From Chrysemys picta bellii (taxonomy: Eukaryota), in the NCBI RefSeq assembly GCF_011386835.1, contig NC_088810.1, forward strand, positions 20,584,001 to 20,648,000: a stretch of DNA of 64,000 nt, in the 5' to 3' direction. Position numbers and translations under genes: made by a program. Below the pieces are notes generated by a model. That model saw nothing but the letters and a program-made list of their open reading frames with translations. It searched no databases and was not told the DNA's origin. Shown here piece after piece: positions 12,484-24,200 of this stretch (position 1 is the first letter of the stretch; each line of letters starts with the position of its first letter).

Positions 12484-12855
12484 AAATGAAATTAATTGGC
12501 AGCAGGTTTAAAACAAATAAAAGGAAGTTCTTCTTCACACAGCGCACAGTCAACCTGTGGAACTCCTTGCCTGAGGAGGTTGTGAAGGCTAGGACTATAA
12601 CAGGGTTTAAAAGAGAACTGGATAAATTCATGGAGGTTAAGTCCATTAATGGCTATTAGCCAGGATGGGAAAGGAATGGTGTCCCTCGCTTCTGTTTGTC
12701 AGATGGTGGAGATGGATGGCAGGAGAGAGATCACTTGATCATTATCTGTTAGGTTCACTCCTTCTGGGACACCTGGTATTGGCCACTGTCGGTAGACAGG
12801 ATACTGGGCTAGATGGACCTTTGGTCTGACCCAGTATGGCCGTTCTTATGTTATG
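12484..12855 (+). mobile_element. CR1 LINE 3' fragment (young-looking)
   Basis: [33 protein letters not shown]...DKFM, then 3'UTR and a TTCTTATGTTATG tail. Confidence 0.9.
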
Positions 12856-13182
12856 AGCCCAGGGGACGCTGAGGTGGGGCTACGGGTGAGGCCTGAGATG
12901 TGCTATCAGAGCTGTGTGCTGTGAAATCTCCCCACACGACCACCCCCGCTGATGGAAGTAGAGTTACAGGGCCACTGCAGAGCTCACAGACACTTGGTCG
13001 TCCAGTCTGAAACCCCATATCTTGCAGGTTCACCCCACATCCTGCCCATTAACATCCCTGAGGAAAGGGAAGGGGAATGAAAAAGATGGAAAAATTAGAT
13101 GAGATCCTAAAGGGAAACCCAGCAGGAATATGCAGGAAGTCAAGGTAGGCAGACCGCTGTCTTTGAAACGTTCTCTAAATGT

Positions 13183-13188
13183 TTTAAT
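13183..13188 (-). terminator. Probable RAB25 polyadenylation signal ATTAAA
   Basis: ATTAAA on minus about 1.95 kb past the stop, preceded by a TGTA motif (about 13260) and a TATTTAT element. Confidence 0.4.
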
Positions 13189-15127
13189 GTTTGGGTCAAG
13201 GTCCTATAGTCCATCGCATCACGCACACTCCCTCACCAGGGCTGCTCGTGAGACGATCTGTACAAAAAGATCCAGCCCCGCTCCAGCGATCATATAAATA
13301 ATTCCCACTGAATTCAGACGTTCACAAGATGCTGCGGTTAGATTAACAGCGGGCAAAAGCCAGGTTTAGACACGAACGAGAGGCGTAACAGGGATTTAGT
13401 GTTTCTGTCTCAGCACAGAAACTGCCCCAGTGAGTTAAATTGCACCAGTGCAAATCCAGAGTCACCCCCCTAACTCCAACGGCGGTGGGCCGCGTCTGAT
13501 CTCGGCTACCTTGGCACACACGGAGCCAGAGGTCAACCCACTGGGCAGGTGTATATCGGCATAACTTGGGCGGAGTTTTGCCAATTGACACCTGCTGAGA
13601 CGTGGCCCACTGACGTCAGCGACGTTAGATTCTGGTGTCTGTGGATTTGCTCCACTGAAATCAGCACGACTCCAGCTTCCCCAGAGATCACAATCCAGCC
13701 CAGGTCCCGTAAAGAGCTCAGACGTTCAACCATTAATTACAGGCAAGCCCCTCCTCCCCCCGCCACTCCCTTCTCTATAAACTGGATCCAATGCCCATTG
13801 AACTCCCTGGGGAGAACCCTGGTGACATCAAGGGGCTTTGGGTCAAGTCCTTAGAAGCCAGAAGTCAGTCGCCCCATGTTCAGTGTATATTGATGGAAGG
13901 GATGATTTGGTGAGGTAGTCACAATTCCAACCGCCCCTCTGAAATCCAAGCCCTTCGTTGAGTTATTTTAACAGAGTTCCTCCCTCCATGTCACCCTCCC
14001 ATCTCCAAGATCTCAGACCTTAAAGCAAGGCTGAAGCAGAAGTTAAGACTAATTAGGCAACCCACGCCCTAGAACTGGAGATGTCTGCTTTCTCTCTCTC
14101 CACTCCTGTATTGCCACTCGGTATAGGGCACAGTCATATTTTCAGAGGCTGTCTAGTCAGAGGAAGAGATTCTGTACCCAGGGGCGAGGACAGCGGGGTT
14201 GTACGGATCTCACTAGGTGAACGAACAGGTTATGGGAGACAGCAAAATGGACGGGATGTTTAAAGCGGCAGCATCCGGGCGAAAATCGTGGCTCCGATCC
14301 TGGAATCGGAGCCATGTGGCCGCACCCTCCACTGACTTCGACAGGGAGGGCCGGGTTCTGAGCTCAGATGCAGCTGTGTGAATCTGGTGCAAGCCCCACT
14401 GAGCTGAGCGGCGTTGAGGCCAGATTCGGAGCGTGCGTGGATCCAATGGCAGGATCAGACCAATATATTGATCATATTTAAATGCCTTCCTTGAAACCTC
14501 ACGGTTGCAGGAAGAGAGGAAGGACTGCCCAGCCGTTAGGGTGTGAGCCTGGAACTTGGGAGACCCAGGTTCAATTCCCAGCTCTGCCACAGACACCCTG
14601 TGTGACCCTGGGCATGTCACCTAGTCTCCCTGTGCCTCAGTTTTCCCATGTGTACACTGGGGATAATAGCATAATAGCACTGCCCTATCCCACAGAGGGT
14701 TGTGAGGATAAATACATTAAAAAGATGCTCAGACACTGTGGTAATGGGATCAGGTAACTAAGATAGATGGGCGTGTTCCTAAGGCTGATTCCCCCTCTGC
14801 TAGGGGGAAGATTGGCCCGCCGACCCCTCCCTGCCCCAAGATTCCCCCTGCTGTGGCTTGGCAGACCCCAGCGGGCAGAGGTCTGGGTATGCAGCATCCC
14901 CTTCTCTAGTGGTGCTGCCTGCAGGATGGGGCATGGGTAATGGCTTTGCGGAGGGGGCGAAGGGACCGATCCATTGTAGACGTGTTTCTGTGGCCCAGCC
15001 CCGGCCTGGCTTGGTGCAGTTACGGGGCGTTGAGGGAGAGGACGGGCATTCCCCCTGGTCAGAAAGCAGAGCGGACGGAGGGGCTCGTGCCTCCACGGCG
15101 AGTCCCGGGCCGGCTCCCGCCCTGCTC

Positions 15128-15258
15128 TCAGAGGCTCACGCAGCACGCTCGCTTTTCCTCCGGGGTCTGGGAGGCGCCGTGGGGGTTCTCGCTGGAGAGC
15201 GACACCTTGTTGTCCTGGGGGCTTCTCTGCTGCTGTTTCTGCACTTTGCTGAAAATGT
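15128..15258 (-). CDS. RAB25: RAB25 exon 5 coding part
   Basis: [12 protein letters not shown]...KRACCVSL then TGA; acceptor CTCTTCCAG|. Confidence 0.95.
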
Positions 15259-18200
15259 CTGGAAGAGGGAGCGATAATAAGGGATCCTGGAGCGTTCCCC
15301 CTGGCCCAGGGTAACCCCCACCGGGTGGTGCTGTGTCCCCCTCGAGCCGGGGCTGGGCCACAGACAGAGGCTGGTGAACCTCCTACTGCCTTAACCAACT
15401 CAGCTGGCGCTATTAGCCGGACCAGCTCCTGCTTAAAGGGCTAGCGGTCCCTGCTGGGGCTTGGCATAATATGGGTGGATCTACAGGGCCTGCTAGGTTT
15501 TCACTGTGGTGCAGGCCCATAGAGAGAAATGAGCGGCCCTGATACAGCCTGTTTGCTAGGGTCCTACCTCCTCCCATTTCACTTTATTTACACAGACATT
15601 TTGGGGCCCTCCCTAACCCTGCGCTCAGGGCTCTGGTACGACGGTAGAAAGCGAATACGGAAAAGTTATTTACTTGTTCCCATAAGATAAAAACTAGGGG
15701 CCACCAAATGAAATTAATGGGCAGCAGGTTTAAAACACAGCACACAGTCAACCTGTGGAACTCCTTGCCTGAGGAGGTTGTGAAGGATAGGACTGTAACA
15801 GGGTTTAAAAGAGAACTGGATAAATTCATGGTGGTTAAGTCTATTAATGGCTATTAGCCAGGATGAGTAAGGAATGGTGTCCCTAGCCTCTATTTGTCAG
15901 AGGGTGGAGATGGATGGCAGGAGAGAGATCACTTATTGTCCCCATATTACGTCCGCCCCACATCAGCCCTGCTTCGGGGTGTTCTTTAGTCGTGTCCCCT
16001 TGAACCGTGGTGGAAACAGGCAGCATGAGGGTAACTCCTTGCCCAAACCTGCTCCCCAGCCTTCTCTCTCTCCAGAGTGTCCCACGGTGTTAGGAAAATC
16101 CCCTCTCTAGACCAGTTGGCCTAGTCGTTAACCTGCCCCCCTTGGTGCAGAGAGAAGCTCCAGGGGCAGACAAATGGGCTGGTTTGTCATGGCAGGAGGT
16201 GGGATACCGGATTCCACTCGGTCTCCTTAGCGCTCCCTGGTGGCGGGGCAGTTGTCACATGGCATCTTGAGCTCTTTCTATGGAGAGTTCACCCCCCTGG
16301 GTGCTTCTCCGTCAGCCATCCCCAGAGCGTGCTCTGCTCAGATTCCAACCCCCCCGACTCCACGTTCCCCTGCCCCCGGCGCACCTCTCAGTATGGTCTC
16401 GAAGGCCTGCTCGACGTTCGTGGAGTCCAGCGCAGACGTCTCGATGAACAGCAGCCCGTTGTTTTCTGCAAGGACAGGGTCACGCAAGAGGCATGGGAAT
16501 TGTGGTACCCTTTGGGGATCCGGCTACTCGAGCATCCCCCTTCCTGCCAGAGCAGGGCAGGCCCTTGGCCCATCTAGCATGGCATCTCCCCCAGCAGAAC
16601 GACACTGGGGCATCAGGGTCAGGGAGGGGAGAGCACCCCACAGTACAGCCCCCCCCAGGGTCCTATCAATACTGAGTCAACAGGGAGAGCGCCCCCTACT
16701 GAGCCCCCACCTCCTTGCAGCCTGGCACCCCTTGGTCTATCACATTATGGACCCTGCTTAGCTCATGCGGACCCAGCACCATGAGTTCTGGCTGGAACAG
16801 GAGGCTTTCAGGACGTGTTCTCGGGGAGGGGTAGCAGAACCCAGCGGGCACTGGCTGTCTCGGGATGGGTCCACCCGGGGAGGCGGCTCCATACCTGCAA
16901 ACATCTTGGCCTCCTCGGTCGGCACCTCGCGGGCCTGGGCTAAGTCCGTCTTGTTGCCCACCAGCATGACGATGATGGTGGCCTCGGCGTGGTCATACAG
17001 CTCCTTCAGCCAGCGCTCCACCACGTTGTAGGTCTGGTGCTTGGTGATGTCGAAAACCAGGAGGGCGCCCACTGCTCCCCTGTAATACCTGCCGAGAGGG
17101 AGCGGGCGGCCTTCACCACAGGGTCTGAGCTGGAGCCTGTCACGGCCCCACCGCCTCCAGTGGGGTCAGACCTCTTTGGGTGTGTCTCCACTGCACACTA
17201 AGCCCAAGCTCTGACTCAGGATTGAGCCCAAATCTCTCTTCCGTCCGCACACAAATCCGTCTGACTCGGGTCAGTGAGCCCTCAGGACCTAGGTCCAAGG
17301 ACTCTGCGAGGGGGGTGGTTCAGACAGACCCCGAATCCTGATGCACCTCGGGTCCAAGCCCTGTCAGTTTGCTGTGTGGATGCAGCTCAAGCCTCAGACC
17401 TGAGTCAGAAGATCTGCGCAGGGCAGTGTGGACGCGTTAGCAGGGCTGTGAGACCTGGGTCCAGCAACTGTAAGCCCAGGTTTACAGTGCAATGTGGACG
17501 CTCAAGCACAGGCTTGGAAACCCGGAGTCCTCAAGGTCAGGTCCCACTGACTGTGGCTCACTATGCAGTGTAGACATACCCACAGTGCGCCTACCTATAA
17601 CCCAGTACTGCTGCTCCAAGAGCCGGCCCACAGAGTGGCTAGCGCATCCCTGTCTTGCCCCCTCACTCCCTGTGGTTGAGCTATTAGGATAACCGCCTAC
17701 TACTGCTGCCAAGCAGTGGAGTCACTCCTTTAACTCCACCGGTAGAGATCTGTGCTGTGCCTGTGAAGGGCTGGGGTTCAAATGCTGCCGGGCGTCAGTC
17801 ACGGTCAAAGAAACACCCTGGTGTCGCTGACTTTTCCCCCCTTCATTTTCACAGTAGTGTCCTAAGCCCGTTTTGCACGCATGGAAATGACTCAGGAAGT
17901 GCAGGGCAATGGAGAATCAGGCCCTGCGGCTTCATTTGGGTGAGACACTCTCCATCCCACCTGCTCTAGGGGTACCATGACTCCTCTAAGCAGGGGGGCT
18001 CCAACCCAAGAGCTTTGGCTCTAAATGCACAACATCTACCACCTGAGCTAAAAGAGCTGTTAGCTCAAAGACTGTAGCGGACTCATAAACCCCAGTGTGG
18101 CCCAGCCGCTGGAGGGAGACCGTGAGTCACGCTGAGTATGGGCAGGTCACATACAATAGCCCCCTGTGCCACCCCCGTGGAGTTCTGTGTTCAGAGGCGC

Positions 18201-21200
18201 TTGCCTCCCGTGGGGAGTCGCCCGCGCCTAGGAACCGCGGCCGCCATCGCCACCCCTCCCGCTGTTGCACTGAGCCACGCGGCCCGCTTACGCTGAGGTG
18301 ATGGCACGGTACCGCTCCAGCCCGGCGGTGTCCCAGATCTGTGCCTTCACCATGGCATTGCCCACCATGACGGTGCGGGTGGAGAACTCCACGCCGATGG
18401 TGGTGCGGCTGTCGTGGTTGAATTCATTGCGGGTGAAGCGCGAGAGCAGATTGGTCTTCCCCACACCGGACTCTCCAATCAGGACCACTAGGGAGACAAG
18501 AGGGGAAACTCCTAGCAAAATGAGATGCAAATGGGACTTGTGCACCAGGGATAGAATTCTGATCCTTCTAATCCAAAAGCACAGGAAGATAGAGAATCCT
18601 CATGAGCTGGGAGCAGTACAGGGCATATGACACCCAGTTCTGATTTCAGTAGAGAGCTATGGAACATGACTTTGACTGTAAGCTCTTTGGGACAGGGACT
18701 TTTGTTCTTCTTGTATCGCACCTATCACAATGAGGCCCTGATCTACGACTAGAGCGTCTGGTGCTACCGCAGTATAAATAATCATACATACCAACCAGTC
18801 CATCATTGTTTTATTAACAATGTACTGAACTCTCTCATGGTGCACGGTGCTGTACAAACGCAGAGGAATCATTATCCCCAAGGTGGCTGCAATGCAAATA
18901 TTTGGGTGCCTGATTCTCCACTGCCTTGCGCCTCGTGCTGTCATCTACACCACCAAAAGTAGGCATTGTGTGCTACCAAGGCAGAATCACCATTGTTCAC
19001 TGGTGCAAATGATGACACAAATTGCAGGGAAATTGTGAGTGAGGCCAATACTCTAGTGCAACAGACAACTGCTGCATCTAGGAACATAGCAGTTGCCGCG
19101 TGGGAGCAGCTCATGTGTCCATTTAGTCCAGTATCCTGTCTCTGCATTAAGCAGTTATGGGAAAAACATGCCCGTAAGGAAAATTTCTTCCTAGCCCTCA
19201 TCTGTTTTGTTTTTCCATATGCAAGGAGCAGATTTCAATCAGAATCAGATTAAGGAAACCAACCGAAAAAGAAAGAACAAAAGGAAAGTCCCTTATGAGA
19301 GAGAGCACAGTGTATACAGCTCCTCTAACAGTCTGCATGGAACTGACTTCACAACAGCTGCTGTCTCTGCATCCAGGGAGAGTTCTTAGAAATACGGTGG
19401 TGCAGGACACAGAAAACAAAAGTTTTCTAGCTACACGCACCATTGTAGCCACATGATACGGCTGCCAATGCTGTCCCAAGTTTCTCAATTTTACAGCAAC
19501 TCTTGAGCTATTTGGGCGAGCTTAAAGTCCCAGCTGCTGGAGTCAGCTGACTTTGTGATGTCAGCTTTCATCTAAAAAAACCAAGGACGTTTCTAGCCCT
19601 TGTGTTGGTGGAGAAAAACTAGAAAACGTGAAGCAAATGAATCCAGAAGACAAATAAAAAAAAAAAAAAACCCAAATTATTTATTTTTAAAATCTCAAGA
19701 TTTTAAGCCAGTCATGATTTGGGGGGCCCAGTTCATGATTTTTGAATACTTGGGGTTGGTGATTCTGGATCACCCTAGACAACAATCACATTGTTTGCTG
19801 GAACTTTCATAAAATACTCCAAATTTCTTCTGCTGGGCTACAGTTTTCCTTCTTTTCATGCTACAGCCTCTTAACACACCTGTATTAAGCCAAAGTGAAA
19901 ATAAAACCTGAGAGCGCTTTCTCTCTGCCTCTCTATTCTAAACAGCAACCGAAAAACCTTTATGGAAGATTTGCCTTTTCTTATGTTGCTGTATCTTCTG
20001 ATCTCTCTGTTTGGTGGAATGCACTTGAATTTTCTAGCACAGAGCCAGGAATGTGGCTTAGTATCTAGGGGTATGTGTACAGAGCAGAAAAATACCTGCA
20101 GCAGTGCGTCTCAGAGCCAGGGTCAAATGACTTGGGTTCATGCTGGGGGACTAAAAATAGCAGTGTAGACGTGCGGGCTCCAGATGGAGCCTGGGCTCTG
20201 AGACCACCCCTCCCCTCCGTCCCGCAGGTCTTTTTTTGTGGTGTGGACACACCCTATCGAGCTAAGGAACTTTTTCTGGCCCCCGTTACCTACCTGAGTG
20301 CCTCACAAGCTTTAATATGTTTATTCTCCCTCCTTGTGAGCCCGGGCAGTGCTATTATCTCACTGTACAGGTGGGGAAACTGAGGCACTGACAGGCTAAG
20401 TGGAGGGATAGCTCAGTGGTTTGAGCATTGGCCTGCTAAACCCAGGGTTGTGAGTTCAATCCTTGAGGGGGCTATTTAGGGATCTGAGGCAAAAATCTGT
20501 CTGGGGATTAGCCCTGCTTTGAGTAGGGGGTTGGACTAGATGACCTCCTGAGGTCCCTTCCAACCCTGATATTCTATGATACATATAGCAAATAATCTGT
20601 GGAGCTGTACCAGTGCAAAGTAACTTGCCCAAGGTCACATAGGGAGTCTGGGGCAGAGGAGGGACTCCTAGAAATGCAGGGCTGGGACCTTGAGAAGTCA
20701 TCAAGTCCAGTGCCCTGAGCTGAGGCAGAACCCCGTAAACCTAGACTGTCCCTGACAGGTTTTTGTCCAACCTGTTCTTAAAACCTCCAGGGATGGCAAT
20801 TCCACAACCTCCCTTGGAAGCCTGTTCCAGAGGTTAACTACCCGGAGATTTAAAAGTTTTTCCTAATATCTCACCTAAATCTCTCTTACTACAGATTTAG
20901 TCAATTACTTCTTGTCCTGCCCTCAGTGGACATAGAGAACAATTGATCAAAGTCCTCCTTATCACAGCCATTAATATATTGGAAGACTATCAGGTCCCGC
21001 CTTAAACTTCTTTTCTCAAGACTAAACATGCCCAGTTTTTTTAACCTTTCCTCATAGGTCGGGTTTTCTAAACCTTTGATCATTTTTGTTGCTCTCCTCT
21101 GGGCTCCTTCCAATTTGTCACGTTTCCTAAAGTGCTGGACACGGGACTCCAGCTGAGACCGCACCAGTGATAAGCAGAGCAGGACAATTCCCTCCCGTGT

Positions 21201-24200
21201 CTTACCTGCGACTCTCCTGTTAATATACCCCAGAATTCTATTGGTCTTTTTCGCATCTGCATCACATTGTTGACTCATATTCAATGTATGATCCCCCAGA
21301 TCCTTTTCAGCCTAGCCGCCCCATTTTGTAGCTGTGCATTTGATTTTTATTTCTTAAATGCAGGACTTTGCCCTGGTCTTTATTGAATTTCAGACCAAGG
21401 AACATAAGCCAGATCGCCCACCTCCTAGACTACGCCCCCAACCACTGGGCCAGACTTTCTTCTCCTGTCTCAGCCCTGTCAAATCTTTCACAGTTTTGAT
21501 GGAATTCATTTATTTACAGCACTGATTTTATCTCTTAGAGACTCCACTGCAATTAAAGTAACAATTGTCAACCCACAAATAAACTCCCTCCCCAGTCCTT
21601 AAAAAACGCATTAAAGGACCAGTGGGTGCTCACCTGATCATCACTGTCGTAATAATAACTCATGATCAAACCCACCTTATCCGCTCCTCCCCTCCCTAAA
21701 TACCTGTGTAAACTTGCTGCCTGTGTAGCCTGCCTGGGAAGTTAACAAATCCCCCCCATTTTAAACGGACACTGGCACTTGGGAGTTTAATCCGGATTAA
21801 GCTAACTCAGGGAAAAGGCACTCTTATTCTAGAATAAGAGTGTCCACCTGGGAAATTAGTTCAGAATAGTTTATTCTGGGCAATCTCCCCATGTAGACAA
21901 GCCCTTAGTTTCAAACCAGGAGTTCATAGTCGTTCCAGGCCCAGCACATGCCCTTGAATCCCTTCGTCCACTGTTGCAGCTTTATAAATGCATGCTCCTA
22001 TTTCTCTTCAGTGCTTTTACCCTCTTCTCCACCTGCCACATGGGAGATCCACACACGCGACAGGGGAAACTGAGGCTGTGTCCGTATTGGAAGAGAAGTG
22101 GTGTGATAAGGCAGGTAGGGCAATCTGTAGACATGAGTTCTATTCTTGGCCCTGCCACTGACCTGTGGGGTGTCTGTGGGCATGTCCCTTCCTCTCCGTG
22201 CCTCAGTTTCCTCTCCCACCCAACGTCTATATAGATTGTTAGCTGTTCAGGGCTAGGCATTGTCCATGTGTATGAACGGTCTCTAGCACACAGTAGGGTG
22301 CAGATCAAATGTTGCCAACTTTTGCAAATGCTCATGATATTTGGTGCTTTTCTTAAAGCCCCAGCGCCCAGGGTCACGTGAGTAAATGAAAGCTGAGATT
22401 CGCATGTCAGGAACAGAAGGCAGTTTTTGGCCTTCATGGTTACAGAGCGAAGCATGAAAATGTGACCTCTAAAGCCTTCAACATCAGAAGACAAACAAAA
22501 ACAACCCCCCACTTCACTACTGTTAAAATCTCATGATTTTTAACACAATCTCATGATTTCTACGGCCTTGATTTATAAGTTTGAAGACATGGGATTGAAA
22601 ATATTGGTGATCTAATAATAACCAAGGGCTTGCCCTAACGTAATCTCCTGGCATAGCTGCACTTCTGCAAACCACTAAATTAGACAGGAAAAACAATGAG
22701 GAGTCCTTGTGGCACCTTAGAGACTAACATTTATTTGGGCAAAGTAGACAGGGTAAACCTATATATGCCACGATTTGCACTGGGATAATTTACCCTGGCT
22801 TCCAGAGTAAAATCCCCAGTTGGACTTCATCTTCATCAAGACTGGATATGTTTCTGAAAGATCTGCTCCAGGAATTAGTTTGTGAAGTTCTCCGGCCTGT
22901 GTCCAACAGGAGGTCAGACTAGATGATCACAATGGGCCCATCTGGCCTTGGAATCTGTAAATCTCCTCCCATTGTGCATCACCACCCTGGGACTGCCACA
23001 ATACACCACCTCCCCTTATCAAGAGCAGAGACCACAGTGCATCTTGGGAGATGTAGTCTGATTAGAGAGCCTGGCCTGTAGAGGAGAATGGGAGCACGAG
23101 GAACTCTAACTACAGCTCCCATGAAGCACCATGGCAGTATTCTGAATGGAAATATTTTGGATTTTAGCTGAAATATTTTGCCAAAACCTCAAAATTTTCC
23201 ATGGGGGGAGAGGAGAGGAGAGGAGAGGAGGGAAGGGAAGGGGAGAGAGACAAAAAATTCCTGACCTGCTCTCCATCCTGATTCAATTCCTGAGCACCTC
23301 ATGTCCTGACTGTTTGGCGCATGGGCCCATTTCAAATGTCAAGGCAATTTTGCTTCTCATCAAAATGGATTTTTGCTACGTGTTTCGGTGACACGTTTAA
23401 GATCCCGCCCCTTCAAACGGACACAACCTAACTGTCCTGGGTTTGTCCTTATTCATAGTGACTGGGCCTGATTCTCCCATCAAACTGTGTCATCAATTAC
23501 ACCAGGGCCGAGCAAGTGCGAAACGCCTCCCGTTCTGAGTCAGAAACATTTTACCCCCCACTTTGCCCTGGCGTAAACACCGGCATGAGGCGCAGGGAGA
23601 ATCAGACTCATCGTTGTCTTTTTACGGCCAAGAAGGATCATTCTGGTCCCCTCAGTCTGACCTCCAGCACAACACAGTCCATAGAATTGCACCCAAGAGC
23701 CAGGATAGTTTCTGAGTAACTGGCCCACCAGCTGGGAATAGGCGGTAACAGCTGGGCAGGGCTAGTCCTAGAGGTGACTCCCTAGGCAAATAGGTTTTGG
23801 CTGTTGGCTTTCTAACAAATCGAATCCTCCATCTTTTTTTCCTTTCCCTCCTAAGCCTTCTCCGGACTGACCCCATCTGGCCTCCACTCCCCACTCCCTA
23901 CAGTGAGGGATTTGTCTTCATGTCAGCCTGCCTCCTCCTGCAGTTGGCGCTTTGCGAATGGGCTCCCTAAGTGTGTGCACGCGTGTATGTCTTTTGTCCA
24001 GATGGCTTATGTAGTACATATTCCACCCAGGTGGCAATGGAGACCGTCTCCACCCTGTTTCAAGCCACCCGGCAGCGTATCTGATCTGTGTCCGCTCTGT
24101 TTGCAAAGCAAGCCAGTAGCTCTGATCTTCTGCTCCCTGGGGAAGGGGGGCAGCTAACCGGGCAGTGGCTGCTTGAAACCTGGCTGAAGAATCCCATCTG

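Noticed and set aside
14685-15398. 237-aa and 139-aa ORFs around the RAB25 last exon
   Set aside because: Alternative frames over GC-rich exon 5 and 3'UTR; no recognisable domain.
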